The notes beneath the pieces were generated by a model. The model worked only from the letters and a program-made list of their open reading frames with translations, was not told the origin of the DNA and did not search any database. A DNA stretch of 64,000 nt from Bacilli bacterium (lineage in GTDB: Bacteria > Bacillota_I > Bacilli_A > RF39 > UBA660). Position numbers and translations under genes: made by a program. Positions 18,525-29,952 of the stretch are shown in pieces. The stretch's first letter is position 1. Each line of letters starts with the position of its first letter. The stretch lies in NCBI GenBank assembly GCA_017428495.1, contig JAFRQS010000023.1:670-64669 (forward strand). Reading direction: 5' to 3'.

Positions 18525-18896
18525 ATGAAAAGAGATAATGAATTAGTTGAATTTATATTAGGAGTTGTTTTTTTAGCAGTAGGTTTATTTATGCTTAGTA
18601 AAAGAGTAATAGTATCTAGTGGATTTAGTATATTTTCAATTGGTAATTTTGATTTAACTACGGGTACTATAGTAATACCACTTATGATTGGAATAATTTT
18701 GCGTTTTGTATATCCAAAATCATTTATTCCTAAATTAATAGTAATACTAAGTTCTATATTTATAGTAGTTGCTATAATTATGAGTGTTAAATTGAGATTT
18801 GTACCTACGTCATTATTTGATTATTTATTAATAGTTGGACTTATAGCTGTTGGTACTGGACTATTATTAAAAACACTTACTAAAAAACAAAGCTAA
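18525..18896 (+). CDS. Hypothetical 4-TM membrane protein
   Basis: Good SD (GGAGGT); four hydrophobic segments. Confidence 0.8.
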   Translation: MKRDNELVEFILGVVFLAVGLFMLSKRVIVSSGFSIFSIGNFDLTTGTIVIPLMIGIILRFVYPKSFIPKLIVILSSIFIVVAIIMSVKLRFVPTSLFDYLLIVGLIAVGTGLLLKTLTKKQS

Positions 18897-18936
18897 CTTT
18901 GTTTTTTTTATGTTATAATGTTTTTAGGTGATTTAT

Positions 18937-19401
18937 ATGTATGAAATAGTAAATAAACTAATACAATTAAATAAAAGCATAAGTACTATGGAATCATGTA
19001 CTGGAGGATATATTGCTAATGCCATTACTAATGTACCTGGTGCTAGTGATATATTTATGTTTGGCGCTGTCACTTATTCAAATGAGTATAAGGTAAAGAT
19101 GGGAGTATCTTCATCTTTAATAGATAAATATAGTGTATATAGTATGGAAGTTGCTAATGATATGAGTAAGACCATATCTAATTATACTAATTCTGATTAT
19201 GGAATAGGTGTTACTGGTAAATTAAATAGAGTAGATAAAAATAATAATAGTGGAGAAAATAATGTTGTTTTTATAAGCATTTATGATAGGATTAATAATA
19301 AGTTTTATACTGATATTGTTACTGTTTTGTATGATGAGCGTTGTAAGAACAAGGAAATGGTTTTAGAAAGTATAAAAAAAATACTGGAGGAAATATTATG
19401 A
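18937..19401 (+). CDS. CinA C-terminal domain protein (PncC-like NMN deamidase)
   Basis: STMESCTGGYIA, GAVTYSNEYK and GIGVTG; no N-terminal MCF domain. Confidence 0.9.
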   Translation: MYEIVNKLIQLNKSISTMESCTGGYIANAITNVPGASDIFMFGAVTYSNEYKVKMGVSSSLIDKYSVYSMEVANDMSKTISNYTNSDYGIGVTGKLNRVDKNNNSGENNVVFISIYDRINNKFYTDIVTVLYDERCKNKEMVLESIKKILEEIL

Positions 19402-20795
19402 AAATATATAATACGTTGAGCAAAACTATAGAAGAATTTACACCTAATAATGGTAAAGAAGTAAATATGTATACTTGTGGGCCTACAGTTTATCATTTTG
19501 CTCATATTGGTAATTTGAGAACATATATATTTGAAGATGTATTAGAGAAAAGTTTAAACTTTCTTGGACATCACGTAAATAGAGTAATGAATATTACTGA
19601 TGTAGGTCATTTAAGTAGTGATGCAGATACTGGTGAAGATAAAATGCTTATGGGAGCAAAAAGGGAGCATAAGACAGTTTATGAAATAGCAGATTTTTAT
19701 ACTAAAGCATTTTTTAGTGATGCAAGTAAGTTAAATATTAAAAAACCAGATATTGTTTCTAAAGCATCTGATAATATTGATGAATATATCAAAATTATAA
19801 ATAAATTGTTAGAGACTGGATATGCATATAAGGCTGGTAATAATGTTTATTTTGATATCAGTAAAGCAAAAGATTATTATAAATTATCAGGTAAAAATGA
19901 AGAAGAATTAATAATTGGTGCTAGAGATGACGTAACAGAAGATACTGAAAAAAGAAACCCATATGATTTTGCACTTTGGTTCACTAAGTCAAAATTTGAT
20001 AATCAAGAAATGAAATGGGATAGTCCTTATGGAGTTGGATATCCTGGATGGCATATTGAGTGCTCTGGAATATCACTAAAATATTTAGGTGAATATTTAG
20101 ATATACATTGTGGAGGTGTTGATAATATATTTCCACATCATACTAATGAGATTGCACAATCTGAAGCTTATATTGGTCATAAGTGGTGTAATTATTGGAT
20201 ACATGGTGAACATTTGAATGATAAAAGTGGAAAGATGAGTAAGAGTAAAGGTGAATTTTTAACTGTTTCTTTATTACAAGAAAAAGGTTATAATCCTTTA
20301 AGTTATAGATTCATGTGTTTGCAATCTCACTATAGAAATCAGTTGGTATTTAGTTATGATTCATTAGATATAGCTGAAAGTGCCTATAATAAATTAAAAA
20401 ATAGGATTAAATCATTAGTTAAGAATAATGAAACATTAAATGATGAAAAAATAAAATATTATATAAATAGCTTTAAGGATGCTCTTAGTAATGATTTAAA
20501 TACATCTAATGCTTTAACAGTTTTATTTGAAGCTCTAAAAGATAATAATATTAATGATGATACTAAATTATATTTAGTAGAAGAGTTTGATAAAGTATTG
20601 TCATTGAGTTTAATAGAAAATAAAAAAGAAGCAGATAATGAATTAATTTATAAAATAAATAAACTAATTGAAGAAAGAAATAATGCTAAAAAAGATAAAA
20701 ATTATGAACTTGCTGATAAGATAAGAAATGATTTGTTAGAAATGAATGTAGTAATAAAAGATACTAGAGAAGGTACTATATTTGAAATAAGGTAG
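19398..20795 (+). CDS. cysS: Cysteine--tRNA ligase
   Basis: YTCGPTVY, HIGN, GYPGWHIEC, FPHHTNE and KMSKS. Confidence 0.98.
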   Translation: MKIYNTLSKTIEEFTPNNGKEVNMYTCGPTVYHFAHIGNLRTYIFEDVLEKSLNFLGHHVNRVMNITDVGHLSSDADTGEDKMLMGAKREHKTVYEIADFYTKAFFSDASKLNIKKPDIVSKASDNIDEYIKIINKLLETGYAYKAGNNVYFDISKAKDYYKLSGKNEEELIIGARDDVTEDTEKRNPYDFALWFTKSKFDNQEMKWDSPYGVGYPGWHIECSGISLKYLGEYLDIHCGGVDNIFPHHTNEIAQSEAYIGHKWCNYWIHGEHLNDKSGKMSKSKGEFLTVSLLQEKGYNPLSYRFMCLQSHYRNQLVFSYDSLDIAESAYNKLKNRIKSLVKNNETLNDEKIKYYINSFKDALSNDLNTSNALTVLFEALKDNNINDDTKLYLVEEFDKVLSLSLIENKKEADNELIYKINKLIEERNNAKKDKNYELADKIRNDLLEMNVVIKDTREGTIFEIR

Positions 20796-20803
20796 GTGAA
20801 AAT

Positions 20804-21472
20804 ATGGAATTGTTACTTATAATTATACCAATTATATTTATTATGTTATCTCAGTGGTACATTAATTCATCATATGCTAAGTATAATGAATATGAAGTTG
20901 CTAGTGGAAAAACGGGAGCTGAGGCCGCAAAGGAAATATTGGATGCTAATGGACTATCTAATGTGAAAATTGTTAAAATTGAAGGTACTTTAACTGATCA
21001 CTTTGATCCAAGAACTAATACAGTCAGTTTATCAAATGATATATATAGTGGATCTAGTGTTGCTGCTGTTGCTGTTGCTGCACATGAGTGTGGGCATGTA
21101 ATACAACATAAAGAAAAGTATGCACCAATTGTAATAAGGAGTGCATTAGTGCCAGTCGTAAATATAGCTTCTAAATTGGGTTATGCAATAATGGTTGCAG
21201 GAGTACTTGCATCAATATTTAATATGGCTCTTATTGGGTTGATATTGATGTGTGCAACTTTAATATTTCAACTAGTAACATTACCAACAGAATTTGATGC
21301 ATCAAATAGAGCAAAAAAACAATTGGTAAAATTAGGAATAATAACAAAAAAAGAATTATCAAATGTGTCAAGTATGTTATATGCTGCTGCTATGACGTAT
21401 CTTGCTTCTTTCTTTGCTAGTTTTGCTCAAATGTTAAGATTATTTTTACAAATAAATAGAAGAAATAATTAA
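20804..21472 (+). CDS. YugP-like membrane zinc metallopeptidase (Zn_peptidase_2)
   Basis: [20 protein letters not shown] and [12 protein letters not shown]. Confidence 0.93.
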   Translation: MELLLIIIPIIFIMLSQWYINSSYAKYNEYEVASGKTGAEAAKEILDANGLSNVKIVKIEGTLTDHFDPRTNTVSLSNDIYSGSSVAAVAVAAHECGHVIQHKEKYAPIVIRSALVPVVNIASKLGYAIMVAGVLASIFNMALIGLILMCATLIFQLVTLPTEFDASNRAKKQLVKLGIITKKELSNVSSMLYAAAMTYLASFFASFAQMLRLFLQINRRNN

Positions 21473-22038
21473 AGAATTTTATCTATGATACCGTAAGATA
21501 ATGCTTCATCACTAGTCATGAAGTAATCTCTTTCGGTATCTTTTTCTATTTCTTCTATTTTTTTACTTGTATTTTTTGATAATATTTTATTCATTCTATT
21601 TCTAATTCTAAGTATTCTTTCTGCTGCAATTTTTATTTCAGTAGCTTGTCCTTCTGCACCTCCTAATGGTTGGTGGATCATCACTTCACTATTATTTAGT
21701 GCATATCGTTTACCTTTTTTTCCACTCGATAATAAGAATGCAGCCATAGAAGCAGCCATTCCTATACATATTGTACTTACATCACTTTTAATATAATTCA
21801 TTGTATCATATATAGCCATACCAGATGTTATAGATCCACCATTTGAATTTATATATATACATATATCATCATTATTTATTGAATCTAAATATAGCAATTC
21901 TGCAACAACTATATTTGCTAATTCATCATTTATTTCTCCTGATATAAATATAATCCTATCTTCTAATATTTTTGAATATAAATCATACACTCTTTCACTA
22001 TTATTTTTTTTCTCTATAACAGTAGGAATTAAATTCAT
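21469..22038 (-). CDS. clpP: ATP-dependent Clp protease proteolytic subunit
   Basis: YINSNGG, GMAASMA (Ser), MIHQPLGG (His) and ERDYFM. Confidence 0.97.
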   Translation of the reverse strand: MNLIPTVIEKKNNSERVYDLYSKILEDRIIFISGEINDELANIVVAELLYLDSINNDDICIYINSNGGSITSGMAIYDTMNYIKSDVSTICIGMAASMAAFLLSSGKKGKRYALNNSEVMIHQPLGGAEGQATEIKIAAERILRIRNRMNKILSKNTSKKIEEIEKDTERDYFMTSDEALSYGIIDKIL

Positions 22039-22141
22039 AATATCACCTATAATTATAATAGGTATAAAGTTAAGTAAATATACACTATTATATGTGACAA
22101 AGTTTTTACTTATATGATATACTTATAGTAGGAGTGATAAT

Positions 22142-23770
22142 ATGGACAAAGTAAAAGTGTATTATAATAATAAGTTCTATGAGTATCCTAAAGGTATTAA
22201 ATTACTAGATGTTGCAAAAGATTTTCAAAAGGATTTTAAATATCCAATATTAGTAGGTATAGTTAATGAATACTCTGTAACTTTAGATTTTGAAATAAGA
22301 GAAGATTCAAAGGTAAAGTTTTATGATATATCATCATCTAAAGGTTTTAGAGCATATGAGAGAACAGCAATTCTTGTTTTAGTAAAAGCAGTGAGGGATA
22401 TATTGAATAAAGAAGTAAAAGTTGAACATTCTATAGATAGAGGCATATATTGCACAATAGATGGATTAAAAAAAGAAGATATTGATAATATTTCCAAAGA
22501 AATGCATGAACTAGTTGAAAGGGCTATTCCTATTGAAAAATTAAGCGTAAATAGATTAAAAGTAATTGAATATTTTAAAAAAATACATGATGATAATGCA
22601 AGTGTATTTAAGTACATGAGTAAGAATAATGTAACTTTATATAAAATAGATGGTATGTATGATTATATATTTGGTAAAGTATGTGTTAATACATCATATT
22701 TAAATAATTTTAAACTTGAATATATTGGTAATAATGGTTTTGTACTTATGCTACCATTTATATATGATAATATGAGAGTAAATGATTATACGCATCATGA
22801 AAAGTTTTTTAATTCAGTATTAGATTATATAAATTGGACTGATAAGATTGGTATTAAGTCATTTGTTGATTTAAATTTAAAAATATCTGAAGGCAAATGG
22901 AATGATATGGTATTTATGAGTGAAGCATCATATAATAAGTCATTACTTGATATAGTTGAAAAAATAGATGATAAAATTAAATTAATTTTAATAGCTGGTC
23001 CATCATCTTCTGGTAAAACTACAACTGCAAATAAATTGAAATTATTTTTAAGTGGAAGAGGATATAAACCGGTAATGCTATCGACTGATGACTATTTTAA
23101 GGAAAGAGATGAAACACCACTTGATGAGAATGGTAATAAAGATTATGAATCGGTAAATGCAATTGATATTGATTTATTTAATAAGCAATTGAAAGATTTA
23201 ATAGATGGTAAAGAGGTTACTATACCAACATTTAATTTTATAACTGGAAAAAAAGAATATAAGAAGAAATTACAATTGGATAAAGATGGAATATTAGTAA
23301 TAGAAGGTTTACATACATTAAATGATGTATTAACCGAATCTATTGAAAGAGATAAGAAATATAAAATTTATATTTCACCACTTACTGGTTTAAATGTGGA
23401 TGATCACAATAGATTAAATAGTACAGATAGTAGATTGCTTAGAAGGATGGTAAGAGATAATTTAACAAGAGGATATAATGCAAGTCATACGCTTTCAACA
23501 TGGGATAGTGTAAGAGCAGGGGAAACAAAGTATGTGTTCCCATATCAAGATGAAGCAGATATTGTTCTTAATACATCTTTGATATATGAATTGTGTGTAT
23601 TAAAAGTTTATGCAGAGCCATTACTATTCTCTGTTGATGAACTAGATCCATATTATAGTGAAGCAATTAGATTGATAGGTATATTGAAATTAATACTACC
23701 TATGCCAAGTGAAGGAATACCGCTTGATTCATTGCTAAGAGAGTTTATTGGTGGAAGTTGTTTTGAATAG
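22142..23770 (+). CDS. Nucleoside (uridine) kinase with N-terminal TGS/ThrRS-like domain
   Basis: [23 protein letters not shown] and LRRMVRD. Confidence 0.88.
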   Translation: MDKVKVYYNNKFYEYPKGIKLLDVAKDFQKDFKYPILVGIVNEYSVTLDFEIREDSKVKFYDISSSKGFRAYERTAILVLVKAVRDILNKEVKVEHSIDRGIYCTIDGLKKEDIDNISKEMHELVERAIPIEKLSVNRLKVIEYFKKIHDDNASVFKYMSKNNVTLYKIDGMYDYIFGKVCVNTSYLNNFKLEYIGNNGFVLMLPFIYDNMRVNDYTHHEKFFNSVLDYINWTDKIGIKSFVDLNLKISEGKWNDMVFMSEASYNKSLLDIVEKIDDKIKLILIAGPSSSGKTTTANKLKLFLSGRGYKPVMLSTDDYFKERDETPLDENGNKDYESVNAIDIDLFNKQLKDLIDGKEVTIPTFNFITGKKEYKKKLQLDKDGILVIEGLHTLNDVLTESIERDKKYKIYISPLTGLNVDDHNRLNSTDSRLLRRMVRDNLTRGYNASHTLSTWDSVRAGETKYVFPYQDEADIVLNTSLIYELCVLKVYAEPLLFSVDELDPYYSEAIRLIGILKLILPMPSEGIPLDSLLREFIGGSCFE

Positions 23771-23778
23771 GAGGAAAT

Positions 23779-24780
23779 ATGATAAAAGTAGCAATTAATG
23801 GATTTGGAAGAATAGGAAGATTATGTTTTAGAGAAACATTTGGTACAAAAGAATTTGAAATAGTAGCAATAAATGATTTGACAGATGCTCATACATTGGC
23901 GCATTTGTTAAAATATGATTCTGCACAAAAAAGGTATGAAGGACATACAATAACTTATGATGATAATCATTTAATAGTTGATGGCAAAGCAATAAGAATA
24001 TATGCTGAGAAAGATCCTGTAAATTTACCTTGGAAGGAACTAGATGTTGACGTTGTATTTGAATGTACAGGATTCTTTACTAATAAAGATGATGCAATGT
24101 CACATATTAAAGCTGGCGCTAAGAAAGTTATTATTTCAGCACCTGCTAAGGGTGATGTTAAAACAATTGTATATGGGGTTAATGAAAATATATTAGATGG
24201 TAGTGAAGAAATTATTTCAGCTGCTTCTTGTACAACAAATTGTTTGGCACCACTTGCTAAGGTTATGAATGATAACTTTAAAATTAAATATGGTACTATG
24301 ACTACAATACATGCATATACAAATGATCAAAATACATTAGATGCACCTCATAGAAAGGGTGATTTAAGAAGGGCAAGAGCAGCAGCTGAGAATATTGTAC
24401 CTAATAGTACAGGCGCAGCTAAAGCTATTGGGCTTGTTATTCCAGAATTAGAAGGTAGATTAGATGGAAGTGCTCAAAGAGTACCAGTTGCGACGGGATC
24501 ATTAGTTGAGCTTACTTGTGTACTTGATAAAAAAGTTACAAAAGAAGAAATTAATGAAGTAATGAAGAATAATGCAAATGATACATTGGGGTATACAGAA
24601 GATGAAATAGTATCTAGTGATGTTATAGGTATTAGGTGGGGTTCATTATTTGATGCCACTCAAACAAAGGTAATATCTACTCCTGATGGTGATATGGTTA
24701 AAGTAGTTGCGTGGTATGATAATGAAATGAGTTATACTTGTCAGATGGTAAGAACTGCTAAATATTTAATGAATAGGTAA
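23779..24780 (+). CDS. gap: Type I glyceraldehyde-3-phosphate dehydrogenase
   Basis: [19 protein letters not shown] and WYDNE. Confidence 0.99.
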   Translation: MIKVAINGFGRIGRLCFRETFGTKEFEIVAINDLTDAHTLAHLLKYDSAQKRYEGHTITYDDNHLIVDGKAIRIYAEKDPVNLPWKELDVDVVFECTGFFTNKDDAMSHIKAGAKKVIISAPAKGDVKTIVYGVNENILDGSEEIISAASCTTNCLAPLAKVMNDNFKIKYGTMTTIHAYTNDQNTLDAPHRKGDLRRARAAAENIVPNSTGAAKAIGLVIPELEGRLDGSAQRVPVATGSLVELTCVLDKKVTKEEINEVMKNNANDTLGYTEDEIVSSDVIGIRWGSLFDATQTKVISTPDGDMVKVVAWYDNEMSYTCQMVRTAKYLMNR

Positions 24781-24804
24781 ATAAGTGCTAAGCACTTATT
24801 TTTC
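24781..24804 (+). terminator. Terminator separating gap from the pilin-pgk unit
   Basis: ATAAGTGC-TAA-GCACTTAT followed by Ts. Confidence 0.75.
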
Positions 24805-24854
24805 TTTGATTGTTTTATTCTACTATATGTGTTAAAATTATATTGGTGATGTAG

Positions 24855-25223
24855 ATGAAAAAAGGGTTTACTTTAATTGAAGTGACTGTTGTGATACTTT
24901 TGTTAGGAGTATTATCAATTTTTATAATTCCTAAGGTAACAACTACTATTGGTAATAATAAAGCTAAAGCTTGCGCAAGTATAGTGACAAGTGCGGAGGA
25001 AGCAGCAAAAGCGTATACTTATATGCATATAGAAACTATTGAAGAAGATATTGTATCTAATGGTTATTTTGATATTACAATAGGGGAATTACAAGATGAA
25101 GGTTTATTAAAAATGAATATAGAAAATCCATATGAAGAAGGTTATATTTCAACTTCTAATAATGTAAGAGTTACAAAAAATGGAAATAAATATATATACA
25201 CATATATGGGTGGTGAATGTTAA
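24855..25223 (+). CDS. Small type IV pilin/ComG-like prepilin
   Basis: MKKG/FTLIEVTVVILLLGVL class III signal; 122 aa; two Cys. Confidence 0.88.
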   Translation: MKKGFTLIEVTVVILLLGVLSIFIIPKVTTTIGNNKAKACASIVTSAEEAAKAYTYMHIETIEEDIVSNGYFDITIGELQDEGLLKMNIENPYEEGYISTSNNVRVTKNGNKYIYTYMGGEC

Positions 25224-26407
25224 TGAAAAAAAATATTACTGATTTTAAATTAAAAAATCAGAGAGTAATTGTTAGATGTGATTTGAATGTACCAATAAAG
25301 GATGGCGTTATTTTAGATGATACACGTATAAAAGCCTGTCTAGAAACTATAGAACATTTAGTTAGTGCTAAGGCTAAAGTAATTATTTTATCTCATTTGG
25401 GTCGAGTAAAAGAAGAAAAAGATAAGGAAACCAATTCATTAAGACCGGTAGCTGATAAATTAAGTGAATTAATTGGTAGGCCTGTAAAGTTTGTACCATA
25501 TACTAGAGGTATGGAGGTAGAAAATGCTATAAATTCTATGGAACCTAGAGATATAGTTATGCTTGAAAATACTAGATTTGAAGATTTAAATGGTAATAAA
25601 GAAAGCGGAAATGATAGTGAACTTGCACATTATTGGGCTTCATTAGGAGATATATTTATTAATGATGCATTTGGGACTATACATAGGGCACATGCTTCTA
25701 ATGTTGGAATTGCAAAATTATTACCAAGTGGTATTGGTTTTTTAGTAAAAAATGAAATAGAAAAAATATCAAGTGCGCTAAATAATCCAGAAAGACCACT
25801 AGTTATAATGCTTGGTGGTGCTAAGGTGAGTGATAAGATTGGCGTTATTAATAATGCTGTAAAAATAGCTGATTATGTATTAATAGGTGGGGGGATGCCA
25901 TATACTTTTTATAAGGCTTTAGGATATAATGTTGGGTTATCAATTGTAGATGATAGTAGTTTGGAATTTTGTAGAAATATTTATTCTCAATATAAAAATA
26001 AAATCCTTCTTCCAGAGGATATTGTAGTTGCGTCTTCAATATCAGAAGGCGCATCTACAAGAATTACAACATATGCTGATATTGGAAGCAATGAAGTTGG
26101 TATAGATATTGGTATGGCTACAATAAGTAGATATAAATCAATACTTATGAATGCCAATACAATAATATGGAATGGTCCTATCGGAATGTTTGAAATAGCA
26201 AAATTCTCTCAAGGAACTAGGAAAGTAGTAGAAATTTTATCAAGTTCTAAAGCAAAAATAGTAGTTGGTGGCGGAGATACAATATCTGCATTAAATAAAT
26301 TTGGATTTAATAATAAAAGGGCACATATATCAACAGGTGGTGGAGCTACTTTAGAAATGCTTGAAGGTAAGGAATTGCCTGGATTAAGTGCAATAAGTGA
26401 TAAATAA
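25223..26407 (+). CDS. pgk: Phosphoglycerate kinase
   Basis: RCDLNVP, LSHLGR, LENTRF, FINDAFG and STGGGATLE; ATG overlaps the pilin stop (TAATG). Confidence 0.98.
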   Translation: MKKNITDFKLKNQRVIVRCDLNVPIKDGVILDDTRIKACLETIEHLVSAKAKVIILSHLGRVKEEKDKETNSLRPVADKLSELIGRPVKFVPYTRGMEVENAINSMEPRDIVMLENTRFEDLNGNKESGNDSELAHYWASLGDIFINDAFGTIHRAHASNVGIAKLLPSGIGFLVKNEIEKISSALNNPERPLVIMLGGAKVSDKIGVINNAVKIADYVLIGGGMPYTFYKALGYNVGLSIVDDSSLEFCRNIYSQYKNKILLPEDIVVASSISEGASTRITTYADIGSNEVGIDIGMATISRYKSILMNANTIIWNGPIGMFEIAKFSQGTRKVVEILSSSKAKIVVGGGDTISALNKFGFNNKRAHISTGGGATLEMLEGKELPGLSAISDK

Positions 26408-27402
26408 TGAAATTTAAAAGAAATATATTATTAATAATTTTTGTTGGTATTATAGTATTATTTTTTGCACTAAAAGATGATTTTGATGAAATAATGAATT
26501 TGTTATTAAATTCTAATAAGTTATATATAATAATATCTTTAATTTTTGTATTTATATCAGATGTGTTTAAGAGCATATCATTAAAGAAAATAGTAGTAAA
26601 TTCGGGATATAGTTTCAGCTTTAAAAAAGCTCTTTCTTTGATGATAACTGCAAACTTTTTTAATGGTATCACACCATTTTCATTAGGAGGGCAACCATTC
26701 GAATTATTTGTATTAAAAAAAGAAGATAATATAGGATATGTAGATGGTACAAATATACTATTTAAAGATTTTTATACATATCAAATGGCTTTCATATTAT
26801 TAGGCGCAATATGCTATATCTGTAGTTCTTTGTTTAACATGGTAGTATATTCTCCAATAGTTATAAGGATTATAAGATTAGGTTTGATTATAAATTTGTG
26901 CGTCGCATTGTTCCTAATATATATACCACATTCTAGAAAAGGAAATTACAAAATAGTTTCTTTTATATTAAATATATTGAATAAGTTTAAAATTATTAAA
27001 GATAAAGAAAGTATTGAAGAGAAAATTAATAATTCAATTATAAAATTTAAAAAACAAACACGTGAAACAATTAATAGTCCGAAAGTAATTATAAAATGTA
27101 TAATTTTAAATTGCCTTAAAATTATATGTATAGGAATTGCTACATATTATTGTTTTAAAGCTATTGGATCAAATATTAGTATTATTGATACAATAGTTAT
27201 GACTATATTAGTAATGATTATGTCATCATTTGTACCTATACCAGGTGCAAGTGGTGGTATGGAGTTTTCTTTTGTAGCATTATTTTCATACTTTGTTATA
27301 GATGCTAAATTAAGCGCTATAATGTTGTTGTGGAGGTTTTTAACATATTATGTGCCAATGATATTTGGTGGTCTTACTTTCTTGACGTTAAAGGGGGAAT
27401 AA
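26407..27402 (+). CDS. UPF0104 / lysylphosphatidylglycerol synthase TM-domain (flippase-like) protein
   Basis: FFNGITPFSLGGQP, FVPIPGASGGME and LWRFLTYY. Confidence 0.9.
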   Translation: MKFKRNILLIIFVGIIVLFFALKDDFDEIMNLLLNSNKLYIIISLIFVFISDVFKSISLKKIVVNSGYSFSFKKALSLMITANFFNGITPFSLGGQPFELFVLKKEDNIGYVDGTNILFKDFYTYQMAFILLGAICYICSSLFNMVVYSPIVIRIIRLGLIINLCVALFLIYIPHSRKGNYKIVSFILNILNKFKIIKDKESIEEKINNSIIKFKKQTRETINSPKVIIKCIILNCLKIICIGIATYYCFKAIGSNISIIDTIVMTILVMIMSSFVPIPGASGGMEFSFVALFSYFVIDAKLSAIMLLWRFLTYYVPMIFGGLTFLTLKGE

Positions 27403-27404
27403 CA

Positions 27405-28616
27405 ATGCGTATAGGAATTTTTACTGAAGTGTATAAGCCATATGTAAGTGGGGTTGTAACAAGTATACTTATGCTAAAAAAATCATTAGAAGATCTAGGA
27501 CATACAGTATATGTTGTTACAATAAATATGGATAAGATGAAATATGAATATGATGATAAAGAAAAGGTTTTAAAGGTTCCTGGAATTGAATCTGGTATTT
27601 ATGATCATTTTAAAGTTAGCAGCATTTATCCAATTAAATCAACTCGAATTATAAAAAAATGGAAATTAGATATAATACATACTCATACTGAAGGAAGTAT
27701 GGGATTATATGGTAGATTATTAGCAAAGCAATTTAATATACCTATAGTACATACATATCATACTATGTATGAAGATTATATGTATTTGGTAACTAAAGGA
27801 CATTTTGATAAACCTGCAAAAAGATTATTAGAGTACTTTACAATGTTTTATTGTGATAAAACAGTATCTGAACTTATAGTACCTACTAAAAAGACATATG
27901 ATTTATTTAAGATAAAATATGAAATGCAAAGAGAAGTAAATATAATTCCCACGGGAATAGATACTGATAGATTTAAAAAGAGTAATTTTGACAAAAAGGA
28001 AATTATAGAACTTAGAAATAAGCTTGGAATATCTAAGGATGATTTTGTCTTGTTATTAGTTAGTAGAATATCTGAAGAACAAAAAAATATAAAATTTTTA
28101 ATAGATTGTCAAAATAATTTAAATAAGAAATATAAAAACATAAAATTTTTGATTGTTGGAGATGGCCCAGATTTAGAATATTTTAAAAAGTTAACTGCTA
28201 AAGATGACTCTATTATATATACTGGTATGGTACCATGGAATGAAGTTGCTAAGTATTATCAAATTGGTGATGTATTTGTAACTGCTTCAAAAACTGAAAC
28301 ACAAGGATTAACAGTTATTGAAGGAATGGCTGCATCATTGCCAGTAGTATGTATGAATGATGATAGTTTTAAGATAGCAGTTATAGAAGATTATAATGGA
28401 TTGTTTTTTAAAACAAAGAGGGAATATATTAAAGCAATATCAACGTTACATGATGATTATGATAAATATATAACTATGTCAAAACAGGCTCTTTCCTCTG
28501 CGTCTCAGTTTTCTGTTAAATTTTATGGTCAGAAAATACTAGAAGTATATAAAAAGGCTATTGATAGTAAAAAAGAATCATTGATTAGTAAATTAAAAAA
28601 AGTTGTGAGAAAATAA
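27405..28616 (+). CDS. GT4 glycosyltransferase (monoglucosyl-diacylglycerol synthase-like)
   Basis: MRIGIFTEVYKPYVSGVVTS, HTYHTMYEDY, VGDGP and ETQGLTVIEGMA. Confidence 0.92.
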   Translation: MRIGIFTEVYKPYVSGVVTSILMLKKSLEDLGHTVYVVTINMDKMKYEYDDKEKVLKVPGIESGIYDHFKVSSIYPIKSTRIIKKWKLDIIHTHTEGSMGLYGRLLAKQFNIPIVHTYHTMYEDYMYLVTKGHFDKPAKRLLEYFTMFYCDKTVSELIVPTKKTYDLFKIKYEMQREVNIIPTGIDTDRFKKSNFDKKEIIELRNKLGISKDDFVLLLVSRISEEQKNIKFLIDCQNNLNKKYKNIKFLIVGDGPDLEYFKKLTAKDDSIIYTGMVPWNEVAKYYQIGDVFVTASKTETQGLTVIEGMAASLPVVCMNDDSFKIAVIEDYNGLFFKTKREYIKAISTLHDDYDKYITMSKQALSSASQFSVKFYGQKILEVYKKAIDSKKESLISKLKKVVRK

Positions 28617-28617
28617 A

Positions 28618-28657
28618 TGCAAATAATGTGTAAATTTACACGTTGTTTGCGTTTTTT
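28618..28657 (+). terminator. Long hairpin terminator
   Basis: GCAAATAATGTGTAAA/TTTACACGTTGTTTGC inverted repeat followed by GTTTTTT. Confidence 0.7.
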
Positions 28658-28721
28658 CTATTTTATTCTACAAATATGTGTGATATATTAAGATTGTAAA
28701 AGGTAGAAAGGCTGTGATAAA

Positions 28722-29042
28722 ATGAATTCAACTAAAATTTTATTTCTAAAAATGCTTAGAAGTGATATTAAGAGATCCACATATGCCAAAATGGGGATTA
28801 GTTCTGATGCTTCAAGTAGTGAAGAATTGTTAGCTGGGCAAACAATTGGTAGGAATGAGATAGAAGGCTTTTCGTCTTTTAAATTGATGAATGCTGAAGA
28901 ACGGAGTGTTGTTAATTCAATATTAAATAGCTTTAGGAGAGACTCTTCTAGCAATGAAAAAGGAAGGGCTTTGCTAAAACATATTGATTCTTTAGTGCCA
29001 AAAGATGAATCTTATGAAGCTGAATATAAAGACGCGGCATAG
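28722..29042 (+). CDS. Hypothetical protein (106 aa)
   Basis: Isolated ORF bounded by terminators; weak SD; no recognisable motif. Confidence 0.6.
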   Translation: MNSTKILFLKMLRSDIKRSTYAKMGISSDASSSEELLAGQTIGRNEIEGFSSFKLMNAEERSVVNSILNSFRRDSSSNEKGRALLKHIDSLVPKDESYEAEYKDAA

Positions 29043-29059
29043 AAAATATATCTTTTAAA

Positions 29060-29088
29060 TGTAGTACAAAAATGTACTACATTTTTTT
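29060..29088 (+). terminator. Rho-independent terminator
   Basis: TGTAGTACA-AAAA-TGTACTACA followed by Ts. Confidence 0.75.
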
Positions 29089-29089
29089 A

Positions 29090-29096
29090 ATCGACA
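29090..29096. promoter_or_regulatory. Possible Spo0A box upstream of spo0A
   Basis: ATCGACA is a 6/7 match to TTCGACA (reverse complement of TGTCGAA), about 50 nt upstream of the start. Confidence 0.35.
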
Positions 29097-29145
29097 AAAT
29101 TAGATATCAATAATAATTATATTAATAATGTAAATAGGAGGAAAC

Positions 29146-29910
29146 ATGAAAACAAGAATATTAATGATTGATGATAATATAAATTTAGTTGAGATGATTG
29201 GAGAATATTTTAAGGATAATAAATATATAGAAATGAGTTTAAAGGCTAATTCTGGTGAAGAAGGAATAAAATTAATTGAGGAAAGAAAAGATGATTATGA
29301 TGTAATTATTTTAGATTTGATAATGCCCAATAAAGATGGTATTTATGTATTAGAAGAAATGAAGAAAAAGAGTATAGATAAACCAGTAATAATATCTACT
29401 TCATATAATAGTGATGATATGATTAGAAGAGTGTCTGAATATGGAGTACAGTATTTTTTGTTAAAACCATATGAATTATCAGATTTAGAAAATAGAATAT
29501 TGGAACTTTGTAATTCGGATTTTAAAGAAAGTAAAAATATAAATTTATATCATAATAATTTACAAATATCTATTACAAAAATATTACATGAATTAGGAGT
29601 TCCTTCCCATATCAAAGGATATCAATATATTAGAGAAGGAATAACGCTTTTGTATAGCAATCCAGATATGATTGGTGGTATAACTAAAGAATTGTATCCA
29701 GAAATAGCATTAAAGTTTAGTACTACTGTTTCAAGAGTAGAAAGAGCTATAAGACATGCTATAGAAGTTAGCTGGAATAGAGGTGATTGGGATTTGATGG
29801 ATGAAATATTTGGACATAGTGTAGATATAGATAAAGCAAAACCAACTAATTCAGAATTTATAGTAACAGTTGCAGATAAACTTAGACTAGATAGAGCAAA
29901 AACTAATTAA
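29146..29910 (+). CDS. spo0A: Sporulation master regulator Spo0A
   Basis: Receiver domain LDLIMP; C-terminal [26 protein letters not shown] and KPTNSEFI. Confidence 0.98.
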   Translation: MKTRILMIDDNINLVEMIGEYFKDNKYIEMSLKANSGEEGIKLIEERKDDYDVIILDLIMPNKDGIYVLEEMKKKSIDKPVIISTSYNSDDMIRRVSEYGVQYFLLKPYELSDLENRILELCNSDFKESKNINLYHNNLQISITKILHELGVPSHIKGYQYIREGITLLYSNPDMIGGITKELYPEIALKFSTTVSRVERAIRHAIEVSWNRGDWDLMDEIFGHSVDIDKAKPTNSEFIVTVADKLRLDRAKTN

Positions 29911-29952
29911 AAATTAGTTTTTTTGTGTTATTATAAATATAGGAGTGGTAAT

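Noticed and set aside
29064-29075. TACAAAAATGTA shared between the spo0A upstream region and the adhesin promoter (4514)
   Set aside because: At 29064 it is the core of a terminator hairpin; low complexity, likely coincidental.
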